Below, piece by piece: positions 1 through 11,107 of a stretch of DNA of 64,000 bases; positions within the stretch are counted from its first letter, which is position 1, and every line of letters begins with the position of its first letter. The DNA is from Squalus acanthias. Its lineage: Eukaryota. A model generated the notes under the pieces. The model did no database searches, was not told the origin of the DNA, and saw only the letters and a program-made list of their open reading frames with translations. The stretch lies in NCBI GenBank assembly GCA_030390025.1, contig JASTWF010000321.1, positions 434,001 through 498,000 on the forward strand, read 5' to 3'. The position numbers were made by a program, and so were the translations under genes.

Positions 1-268
1 CTATACAACCACATGCTGTACCTGCTCTGGGAGTGTTTGATGGGATAGTGTAGATGGAGCTTTCCTCTGTATCTAACTCATGCTGCACCTGCCCCTGGGA
101 GTGTTTGATGGGATAGTGTAGATCAAGCTTTACTCTGTATCTAACCCATGCTCTGCCTGCCCAGGGAGTGTTTGATCAGACAGTGTAGAGGGAGCTATAC
201 TCTGTACCTAAACTGTGCTTTACCTGGCCTGGGAGTGTCTTATGGGATAGTACAGAGGGAGCTTTACC
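1..268. repeat. Degenerate tandem repeat, about 65 bp unit (gggagtgtttgatgggacagtgtagagggagctttactctgtatctaacccatgctgtacctgccct)
   Basis: About four imperfect head-to-tail copies visible. Confidence 0.8.
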
Positions 269-1344
269 CCATTATTGTCCATGATGCACCCTCCAAGTAA
301 TCCTTTGATGATCCCACCACTTGATACCCCTGAAGATCCCTCCACTTATTGCCTATGACGCCCTTCCTGTTACAGGGAATAGACTTGTTTCAGAGCACAA
401 AGGAGGTTGTAATATCATTGCCCCATCCCAAACACCATTCCCACAAACTGCCTCACTCTGCCAAAGCAGGAGGGAGACACACTGGCTGATATAAAGAGAA
501 GGGATACTTTCTGGTGTACAAAGCAAGAGGTAGACATGGGGGCCATTGAATAGTGGGACCTCACATTTGGAAGATGGGAGGGATAATTTATCAGTGGTAA
601 TTTTGGGAGTCTGTGCTCCCTGCTTGGAGTCTTTGTACATGGGATTGGGTTGGAGACGGGACTGTTTGTACAACCTGCGTTCATGCCCAGTGAGACTGCA
701 CACCAGGAGCACAGCCTGGTCATGTGACCCTGTAATACCTTGAGTGGGAGGGGCTTGGGCTGCTTTTTGACATGTTTCCTGGCTCCTTCGGGTTTACGCC
801 CCTGGTTACACAGCATCAGTGGGAGTCACTGTGAGAGGAGCTGGACTTGGCAGCTGACACTGCCAGTGAGTTTAGTCCTTATAAATAGGGGAAATAATAG
901 AACAATTTAATATTAAGGTAAGTAATTCAACCAAATGTCATTAATTACAAACATATTCAAAGTAAATATAATCATAGTCACAAAAATAGACCGAATGTAT
1001 TCCAATTACAGATTCTAGAATTAATATTAATTTTTATATTAAATGTTTCATGTAGTGAAGAGTATCTCAGGAGGGTGGGAGAGAGTGGAGCCGAACCATC
1101 ATCACACTAACTGGGACTGGAGAAATGTCGCTGGATTCACAGAGCAGATCTGGTGGGACCAAGACCCTCAATGTCAAAGACGGGATGAAACAAGAAGCCC
1201 CAAGAATGATTGTAAAGGTGAGGAACTTTACTGAGGATCCCATCAGTCCAGGATTTTGCCAAGGTGAGAGTCTAACCATCTACTGGGTGCTTCTTCGACA
1301 AATGCCATAAGGGACTGCCTTTGATGCGACTAGTACAACAGAGC

Positions 1345-1692
1345 TCAACTTGTCTGTAAAGCTAGCCCATACCTGGGACTGCTTGACACTTACATGTAGT
1401 GGGATTTTTATTCTAAGTTCATCCCATGCTGTACCTGAGCTGTTGTGCTTCATTGGGTAGTGTCAGAGGAGCTGTACGCTGAATTTAAAACATGCTGGAT
1501 CTGAGTTGGCTGTGTGTGATCAACCAATTTAGAGAGAGCTTTACACTTCATCTAAGTTGTACTGTACCTGGCCTGGGAGTGTTAGATGGTAATGTAAAGT
1601 GGGAGGCTTTACTCTGTATCTAAGCAGCGCTATACCAGGCCTGGGAGTGTTTAATGGGACACTGTAGAAGGAACTTTACTCTATATCTAACT
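1345..1692. repeat. Second, more degenerate cluster of the same ~65 bp repeat
   Basis: Recurrent ctgggagtgt...gctttactctgtatcta motifs. Confidence 0.65.
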
Positions 1693-3427
1693 GAGACTGA
1701 CTGATTGACTTTCTTTCATATACCCAGCATGGGCTTGAACTCAGATACTTTCCGCATACTCACAGAGATCAGCGCGAGAGCACAAAACATCCCAAACACA
1801 GGAGCTGACCCTGAGATGGTGCGACACTATCTCTGCAGCTACATTAGCAACCTTTAGAGATGAACCCCTGTCCGCGCCCATCCTACTTTATCATTTTCTT
1901 GTGGTTACAGTTGGAATATTGCAGGTGTGTGACGTCAAGCCTAAGGAATTTCCCACCTTTGACCTCTTCAATTATTTTATTTCAGCTCAGCTTTGAAGAC
2001 CAGGACTGTCCTTCAGATGTCCTGCATTTCCTGACAGCGCATTTCCAGTACTGGACATGTGACAAGAGAGTGACACCAAAGAGGTAGGACATGTGCAGCC
2101 ACACTCATCAACATCCATCTTGCCCACACCTGTTGCTGTGCTGTGACAGATCGAGAAATGCTGGAGTTCCCCTGTGGAGGGAGGCAACGGCAGCTCTGCT
2201 GCAAAAGACAGTCAGTCACTCGACACAAGAGATGGTGAAGGAAAGAATCAGAAAATGTAAAGCTTTGAGGAACTGGATTCTGAACAAAATGAGGTTCCTC
2301 AGATCATGGCGTATTCACCCCAGATACATGTGTCAGAAATGTTTGTTGTCCACAATTAATCCTGAGTGCCTGCCGCTCAAGAGGAGTAACAGTCAATTCC
2401 AGATTAACACATATTGAGGCCTGTTACAAAGGTATTGGAAACCAAACAGGACAAAGACAAATAGCACTGAAGTATTGATCAATGGGAAGATCTGAATTAT
2501 AGACAGATTCAATTTAATCCTGCAGGAAGGAAGGAAAAAAAAAAGGAAGGAAGGTTCTAATCTGTAATAACCGGGACATTGAAGCACTAATGTGCTGTGC
2601 CATGGACTGAATAGGATCAACATTTCCCACTTTCAGACACTTTCCCACTGCTGATTATGGAGTGGGTTGGCCCCATTAGCTGGGCTTACAGTGAATCTCA
2701 CCATTTGTTTCTAACGTCCAATGTGTTTAAATTCAGTTTATTGTTATGTTTCCTCTCCAGAGGCTGATGGTACAGAGCTGACCAACGTACAGACACTGGC
2801 CAACGCTGAATCAGAGGGGAAATTTATAGAGATTATTTTCTCCTCTTTTACCTCACCCATAACTCTTGGGAGACACAAGTGGTAACTTCTGGCTCCCTTA
2901 GTCACCATTCCTGTTAATGTTGGGCCAGATTGGGGACACAAGGCCCTGTCCCTCTGAAGTACTTAGATGACATCTCCATAGCCATGGAAAGCTTCATCTG
3001 ACTGATGTAGAATCCAGTCTCTGGCACTTCATGAGTGGGAGGAGGATCCGCTCTAATGGCACCAACACTGTCCTTGGGTCTTTTTCTCCCATCAGCAGCA
3101 GAGCATCCCTTTACCATCTCCTGCATCAAAAACTCGGGTTGACCTTACTGGTCTTCCTTTGATTCCTTTCCTTAGTTGGCAGACGTTCCTGCAGTCTATT
3201 TTTTGTAATTGTGAACCCAGGTGTAGGGCCCAGACCCAGTAGCAGCAGAGTATGATTGAGGCCAAAGGCAAATTTGTTGGAACAAATCTCTGGGACTTAG
3301 GAATAGAATGACTGTGGAGGCTAAAAAAGTAAATAGAAAAAGAGGACACGAGAACAGGAAAAGGTTAAAGCAAAATTAAGTTACAATTAAGAAAAACAAG
3401 AAACACAATATATAAAACACAAGTTTT

Positions 3428-5711
3428 TAATTTTAATTTATTCATTGTCGGGATGTGGGCATCACTCGCAAGGCCAGCACTTATTGCCCATCCCTAGTTG
3501 CCCTTGAGAAGGTGGTGGTGAGCCGCCTTCTTGAACCGCTGCAGTCCATGTTGTGAAGGGACTCCCATAGTGCTGTTAGGTAGGGAGTTCCAGAATTCTG
3601 TGAGACTTGGAGGGGAACTTGGTGGTAGTGGTGTTCCCATGCGCCTGCCGCCCTTGTCTTTTGAGGTGGTAGAGGTCGCAGATTTGGGAGGTGCTATCGT
3701 GGAAGCCTTGGCGAGTTGCTGCAGTGCATCTTGTAGATTGAACACACTGCAACCATGGTGTGCCATGGTGGAGGCAGTAAATGTTTAAGGTGGTGGATGG
3801 GATGCCAATCAAGCAGGCTGCTTTGTCCTGGATGGTGTTGAGGTTTTTGAGTGTTGTTGGAGCTGCACTCATCCAGGGACATGGAGAATATTCCATCACA
3901 CTCCTGACTTGTGCTTTGTAGATGGTGGAAGGTTTGGGGAGTCAGGAGGTGAGTCACTCGCCGCTAAGTACCCAGCGTCCGTCTAGTTCTTGCAGCCACA
4001 GCATTTATGTGGAGAGTCTAGTTAAGTTTCTGGTCAATGGTGAACCCCAGGATTTTGATGGTGGGGGATTCAACGATGGTTATGCCATTGAACGTCATGG
4101 GGAGGTGGTTAGACTCTCTCTTGTTGGAGATGGTCATTGTCTGGCACTTGTGTGGCACAAATGTTACTTGCCACTTATCATCCCCAACCTGCATGCTATC
4201 CAGGTCTTGCTGCATGTGGACACAGACTGCCTCATTATCTGATGAATTGCGAATGTAACTTGACAATGTGCAATCAGCAGCGAACATCCCCACTTCTGAA
4301 GGTCATTAATAAAGCAGTTGAAGATGTTGGGCCTAGGACAAGGTCCTGAGTAACTGCTGCAGCGATGACCTGGGGCTGAGATGATTGGCCTCCAATAACC
4401 ATAACCATCTTCCTTGTGCTAGATATGACACTATCCAGTGGAGAGTTTTCCCCCGATCCCCATTGACTTCAGTTTTGCTAGGGCTCCTTGGTGCCACACT
4501 CGGTCAAATGCTGCCTTGATGTCGAGGACGGTCACTCTCACCTCACCTCTGGAATTCAGCTCTTTTGTTCATGTTTGGACCAAGGCTGTAATGAGGTCAG
4601 GAGCCAAGTGTTGGCCTTCATTGCAAGAGGATTTGAGTACAGGAGCAAGGATGTCTTACTACAGTTGTACAGGGCCTTGGTGAGACCACACCTGGAGTAC
4701 TGTGTGCAGTTTTGGTCTCCTTACCTAAGAAAGGATATACTTGCCATAGCGGGAGTGCAGCGAAGGTTCACCAGACTGATTCCTGGGATGACAGGATTGT
4801 CATATGAGGAGAGATTGGGTCGACTAGGCCTGTATTCACTAGAGTTTAGAAGAATGAGAGGGGATCTCATTGAAACGTATAAAATTCTGACAGGGCTAGA
4901 CAGACTGGATGCAGGGAGGATGTTTCCCCTGGCTGGGGGGTCTAGAACGAGGGGTCACAGTCTCAGGATACGGGGTAGTACATTTAGGACTGAGATGAAG
5001 AGAAATTTCTTCACTCAGAGGGTGGTGAACCTGTGGAATACTCTACCACAGAAGGCTGTGAAGGCCAAGTCACTGAATAAATTTAAGAAGGTGATAGATA
5101 GATTTCTAGACACAAAAGGCATCAAGGGGTATGGGGAGAGAGCGGTAATATGGTATTGAGATAGAGGATCAGCCATGATCATATTGAATGGCGGAGCAGG
5201 CTCGAAGGACCGAATGGCCTACTCCTGCTGCTATTTTTCTTTGTTTCTTTCTATGTTTCAAGTGGTCCTGGCGGAAACCAAACTGGGCAGCGGTGAGCAG
5301 GTTATTTGAGCGTAAGTGCCGCTTGATAGCATTGTCAATGACAGTTTCCATCACTTTGCTAATGATGGAGAGATGGCTGATGGGGTGGTAACTGGCTGTT
5401 GGATTAGTCCAGCTTTTTCCGGACTGTACATACCTGGCCAATTTACCACTTTGTCGGGTAGATGCCAGTACTGGAGCAGCTTGGCTAGAGGTGCAGCTAG
5501 TTCTGGAGCACAGGTCTTCAGTTCTGCAGCCGGGATGTTGCCGGGGCCCATAGCCTTTGCTGTATCCAGTGCGCTCTACCATTCTTGATATCACGTGGAG
5601 TGAAGCAAATTGGCTGAAGACTGGCTTCTGTGATGGTGGTGACCTCAGGAGCAGGCCGAGATGCATCATCCACTTGGCACTTGTTGCTGAAGATGGTTGT
5701 GAAGGAATCAG
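3428..5711 (-). mobile_element. CR1-clade LINE 'family B', 3' part with internal deletions, interrupted at 4611-5258
   Basis: Minus-strand RT fragments (MFAADCT, WQVTFVPHKCQ, MEYSP, MGPGNIP...APELAAPLAKL). 3' tail and A-rich end near 3428-3490 match the plus-strand copy at 42480-42555. Confidence 0.85.
4611..5258 (+). mobile_element. 5'-truncated CR1 LINE 'family A', 3' end
   Basis: ORF2 C-terminus (LVRPHLEYCVQFWSP, RGDLIETYKIL, RVVNLWN), ctatgttt tail, TSD caagtg at 4605-4610 and 5259-5264. Confidence 0.92.
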
Positions 5712-8700
5712 ACTAGAGTCCTGAATTTAAATAAAGGAAACTACGATGGTATGAGGCGCAAATTGGATAGGATGGATTAGGGAACGTTACTTAAAGGGTT
5801 GTCGGTGGATAGGCAATGGCAAACATTTAAAGATCGCATGGATAAACTACAGAATTTGTTCATCCCTGTTTGGCATAAAAATAAAACAAAAAAGGTGACT
5901 CAACCGTGGCTAACAAGGGAAATTAGGGATAGCATAAGATCCAAGGAGAGGACATATAAATTGGCCAGAAAAAGCAGCAAACCTGAGGATTGGGAGCAGT
6001 TTAGGATTCAGCAAAGGAGGACAAAGGGATTAATTAAGAGGGGGAAAATAGAGTATGAGAGTAAGCTTTCAGGGAACATAAAAACTGACTGTAAAAGCTT
6101 CTATAGATATGTGAAGAGAAAAACATTGGTGAAGTCAAGCGTAGGTCCCTTGCAGTCAGAATCAGGGGAATTTATAATGGGGAACAAAGAAATGGCAAAC
6201 CAATTAAATGCATACTTTGGTTCTGTCTTCACAAAGGAGGACACAAATAACCTCCCATACATGTTGGGGAACATAGGGTCCAATGAGAGGGAAGAACTGA
6301 ATGAAATCAGTATTTGTAGGGAAATGGTGTTAGGGAAATTGACGGGATTGAAGGCCGATAAATCCCCAGGGCCTGATAATCTACATCCTAGGGTACTTAA
6401 GGAAGTGGCCCTAGAAATAGTAGATGCATTGCTGGTCATCTTCCAAAATTCTATAGACTCTGGAACAGTTCCCATGGATTGGAGGGTAGCTAATGTAACC
6501 CCACTATTTAAAAAAGGTGGCAGAGAGAAAACGGGGAATTATAGACCGGTAAGCCTGACATCAGTAGTGGGGAAAATGCCAGTGTCCATTCTCAAAGATG
6601 TAACAGCAGAGCACTTGGAAAACAGTGACAGGATCGGACAAAGTCAACATGGATTTACAAAAGGTAAATCATGCTTGACTAATCTACTGGAATTTTTTGA
6701 GGATGTAACTGGTAGAATAGATAAGGGAGAACCAGTGGATGTGGTGTATTTGGACTTTCAGAAGGCTTTCGATAAGGTCCCGCATAAGAGATTGGCGTGC
6801 AAAGTTAAAGCACATGGGATTGTGGGGGTAAGGTACTGACTTGGATAGAGAACTGGTTGGCAGACAGGGAGCAAAGAGTTGGAATAAACGGGTCTTTTTC
6901 CGAGTGGCAGGCAGTGACTAGTGGGGTACCGCAGGGATCGGTGCTAGGACCCCAGTTATTCACAATATATATTAATGATCTAGACGAGGGTGTAGGGGGT
7001 GGTGTGGTAGGGGTCAGCCTCACCTCTAACTCAGCGAGCGGTTCGAATCGCTCCCATGCCCCTGGTTCTGGACCTTGGACTTATTTGGGGGTTGTGAACA
7101 AAGATGCAGTAGACAACAGGTTCCGATGAAAGAATTTTGACTTTTATTAAAAGAAAAGGTAACAAACTTAAAACACACTTAACACTTAAACAGGTTGGGG
7201 AACACACGGTACAGGCGAGGGAGAAATACAATATACAAAAACCCTTATCCCTCCCAAAAGTTCCACTATCTAGCTAGGTCTTGGTTTCAGGAGATCAGGG
7301 ATAATGCTCACCAAACAGGGGTTTTGACAGTGCGAAATCCAGCCAGGTAAGTTGATTGCGATTTTGAGGTACTCTCTTTTTGTCCTTTGGGGCCTGCCGT
7401 CCCCACGTGGTACCAGTCTGTGAAATCTGCGATGGTGGTCTGGTCGTCGAGTTTTGTTGCGTTGGAGGCTTGTCGGGGCGGTACCTTCTGGGGCTGGACC
7501 GTGGGTTGAGCGATGCCGACTCGCTCCCAGCCTCCAGTGACCTTGGCTAGTGGCTGCTAGTGCTAGACCGTGTGCTGAGCGATGCCGACTCGCTCCCAGT
7601 GGCCTCAGCTCTAGCCCTTGCCTGGCCTAGTCTGTCCTTGCCTCCGATCTTGCCCCGGGTCTGCCCCGGGGCCTTGCTGCTTCTCTCCACCTCCTGCTCG
7701 TGTCGTGTGGCTGGTAGTGTCTTGCTGGAACTTGCTGCAACTGGAACAGAGCTGAGAGAGACTTTCTTGGGGGATTAGGCCCTCAATTATACTGTTCAGA
7801 CCCTTTGTCTTTTTCGCGCCAAAATCCCTTTCCTAAATCGGTTTCGTGTTGAAGTGATTTAGGTTTCAGTTGAGGCCTGTTCATTCCATTGTCTTAGTTT
7901 TGCGGGCTTGTTAAGTTTTGATGGTTTTAACTTGGTGTTAAATTGTCCTGATGGCTTCCGATGTCTCCCATTTAGGCAGGGCCTTTATCTACATGCCAAA
8001 TCTTGTCCCTATAGATACCTGGCTGATTGGATTTTGATGAAGTAATGGCTGTACTAGATGTTTTATTGTTTACAGGCTTCTGGCATCCTGTTTGGGCCTG
8101 GGGATATTCAAAAGGTGTCTTGAATTATTCAATTTTGGGTGTGTTGTGAGGTTTTGGGTGAGGTTCTTCCTCCTGCCTGGATTGCAGTGCAAACAAATTC
8201 CAGACAGCTTGACACCAAAAGTTGTCCACTGCCTCGCCACACCACTTCACAAAGGTGTTTTTTTTCCCATAGTGATTTTCAAAAGTCATTTTTCCTCAGG
8301 TTTTTTTCTTCCCTGATCTTTTTAATGTCCAAAACTGAGGTTTTTACCTCAAATCACTTCACTTATGTCCCATCATCCCAAATTCGTAGGAACAGTACAA
8401 AAATCACCCCTTTTAGGGTTCTATACGAGTTTCTGGGGAATTTTGCGAAGCTTACAGGGAACTAGATGTAAATATGTCCAAGTTTGCAGACGACACAAAG
8501 TTGGGTGGGTGTGTGTGTTGTGAGGAGGATGCAGAGAAACTCCAGTATGATTTGGACAGGTTGGGTGATTGGGGAGGTGCATGGCAGATGCAGTATAATG
8601 TGGATAAATGCGAGGTTATCCACTTTGGTGGCAAAAACAGGAAGGCAGATTATTATTTGAACGGCAATAGATTGGGAAAAGGGGAAGTTCAACGAGACCT

Positions 8701-9420
8701 GGGGGTCCTTGTGCACCAGTCGTTGAAGCTAAGTATGCAGGTGCAACAGGCGGTTAAGAAGGCAAATGGTATATTGGCCTTCATAGCGAGAGGATTCGAT
8801 TACAGGGGCAAGGATGTCTTGCTGCAGTTGTACAGGGCCTTGGTGAGACCACACCTTGAGTATTGTGTGCAGTTTTGGTCACCTTATCTGAGGAAGGATG
8901 TTCTTGCCATGGAGGGAGTGCAGCGAAGATTCACCAGACTGATACCTGGGATGGCAGGAATGACGTATGAAGAGAGATTGGGACGATTGGGCTTGTCTTC
9001 GCTAGAGTTTAGAAGAATGAGAGGGGATCTCATTGAAACTTATAAAATTCTAACAGGACTAGACAGACTAGATGCAGGAAGGATGTTCCCGATGGCGGGG
9101 GAGTCCAGAACCAGGGGTCACAGTCTAAGGATAAGGGGTAAGCCATTTAGCACTGAGAGGAGGAGGAGGAATTTCTTCACCCAGAGAGTGGTGAACCTGT
9201 GGAATTCTCTACCACAGAAGGCAGTTGAGGCCAATTCATTAAATATATTCAAGAATGAGTTAGATATATTTCTTAAGGCTAAAGGGATCAAGGGATATGG
9301 GGAGAAAGCAGGGACAGGGTACTGAATTTGGATGATCAGCCATGATCTCATTAAATGGCGGAGCAGGCTCGAGGGCCGAATGGCCTACTCCTGCTCCTAT
9401 ATTCTATGTTTCTATGTGTC
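5711..9420 (+). mobile_element. CR1 LINE family A, copy 1 (ORF2 RT region), interrupted by a solo LTR at 6991-8456
   Basis: ORFs 5799-6839 and 8474-9325 carry [36 protein letters not shown] and KFADD; tail ttctatgtttctatgtgtc. Confidence 0.95.
6991..8456 (-). mobile_element. Solo LTR (about 1.47 kb) related to the ERV LTR at 17102-18569
   Basis: TG...CA ends. It interrupts CR1 at gacgaggg|gggaac, and the intact site is seen in copy 2 near 21035. Flanking ggg duplication. Clear homology of 7012-7310 to 17103-17395 and of the 8440-8456 end to 18550-18569. Confidence 0.88.
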
Positions 9421-10947
9421 TATCCCTATGATAGAGTGATTGGAACGCCCACAATCTACTGGGACTGGGTAGGCTTCAGAGGCTAGGCGGAGCTGACACG
9501 GGCTCAGTGAATTGCTGAACGGGTGGAGGGCTGCGAGGTGTTTGTTGCTAATCCAGGAGGGGACTAAACCTTGTTTTAAATCCTCCAGGTTGCTGCAGCC
9601 CTCGCCCAGCAACCATGCCCCGTATAGCACACACACCTCATTCTGTGCAGCCTGATCCGAAGCATTCCTATCCTCCCGTATGAATGCATTTACTGTTTTA
9701 GCGTGTCTCTCTAGCTCAGCAATGATCTCCTTTAAATGGACCATCATAGCTTGGTCCTCGTGTAGCTCTGAGCCTACCGCTTTGTTTTCTTCCGTTAGTA
9801 TCTTTCGTAGTTGGGTTTTTAGACCATTTATCTGTGTTTGTAGTTCTATATCGTCCAGGCTGTTTATTACAGAGGATCCTGTATTGTAGATAGTGAAAAT
9901 ATTGTTCCAGGTCCCCCTTCTTTGTCTCCCTGCGCCCATAGTGTGCTCTGCGTGTAGTTTGTACAGCTCTGCTTTGTCTATGTTGGCAAAGTCAAATTCG
10001 TAGAATTTCCTAAACATTTCTTTCAGCAGGGCCTGGTATAGCTGTTCTGTCTCCTTAGGACACCATTCAGGTAAGTATACCTCGGTAAGATTTAAGATAA
10101 CTGAAGCTACTGCCTAGTGTACCCCCTGGTAGAGTACCTTTTCGGTCGGCACTAGCACTAGCCCATTCTCTGGTCCCTTGGTGGTGGTAGGACACCTCTC
10201 CATTACTGTCCGTGATGTTGGGGTCGTGGGCAGGGGCTTTCGGGGTCGTGCTACTAGTTCGGTGGCGTTGACTGGGATCGGGGAGTGTGGGAGCGCGCAC
10301 GCATGCAGGCTAGAGTCCCACCCCATCCCCTTCCCGGTGTCTTGCCATTGTCTGGAGAAGATGATGGATATGCCTGTGGGGCAGGCCTTCTCTGATCCCC
10401 ACATACAGACATAGATTCCCTGTTCCGACTCCCACCACTTATCCCAACACACACTCATACCCCCTTGGGTCCCTGTGATCGTCCGGTAGGTGTCGTTCCC
10501 CAGTCGTTCCCAGTCAGCTGTACGGTCCCCTATGTCCCTGCTCAGCTTCCTGAGCCACCACCACCTATCCAGGGGAATCCGTGCCTTGCAGGTGAGACAC
10601 ACACGTTTCCCCTCAGTGACGCTGACCCTTGTAGCAACGACCTGTACCCTGGGGCACGGGATGGAGGCCTCCCCGTAGGTGAACCCGGTCTGGCTGGAGT
10701 ATTTTGTGGAGTTAGACCCCAGCCACCTTGGCCAGCTTCCCTCATGGAAGTAAATAGCGAGCTCCTCCACACCCGGTTTGCCACCCCCAGCGGTAACGAT
10801 CGGCGCTCTCTCTCCCGAGCACCCATAAATGTGGGAGTCCTCCACGTCACCTCGGTCACCGATGCTCACCCCTACCAGGGCGAGCAGGAGCAGAACCCTT
10901 GTCAAGCCGATTTCCTCTCTGTAGGGACACACAAAACAGATAGCCAT
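9420..10947 (-). pseudogene. env: env, 5' half: signal peptide, Ig-like domain, Pro/Thr stalk, furin site RQRR, candidate fusion peptide and heptad repeat
   Basis: ORFs 10114-10947 and 9412-10017 are in one frame, separated only by a TAG at 10114-10116. Hydrophobic VLLLLALVGVSIG; RQRR at 9916-9927 followed by GTWNNIFTIYNTGSSVINSL and a long helical segment. Confidence 0.85.
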
Positions 10948-11107
10948 GTCCCGAGAAGGTTCTCTGGCCTGACAGGTGACCGAGTCTCGAAAATGTACTT
11001 ACTTAAGTAAAAATAATTCACTAAAACTAAAACTACCAAAAACTGTAAAACACACCTAAAATACCTAAAAACTCTGTACATCTGCCGCCCGTCTCCGGAC
11101 GGCCAGG

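Noticed and set aside
1..1692. Regularly spaced repeats as a CRISPR array
   Set aside because: Contiguous degenerate tandem units without unique spacers, in vertebrate DNA with no cas genes.
1050..2090. Exon-like segments with donor sites near 1263 and 2083
   Set aside because: No recognisable product or consistent reading frame.
7035..7056. GGTTCGAATC resembling a tRNA T-loop or B box (also at about 17130)
   Set aside because: No cloverleaf or A box; it is a near-palindrome within the LTR U5.
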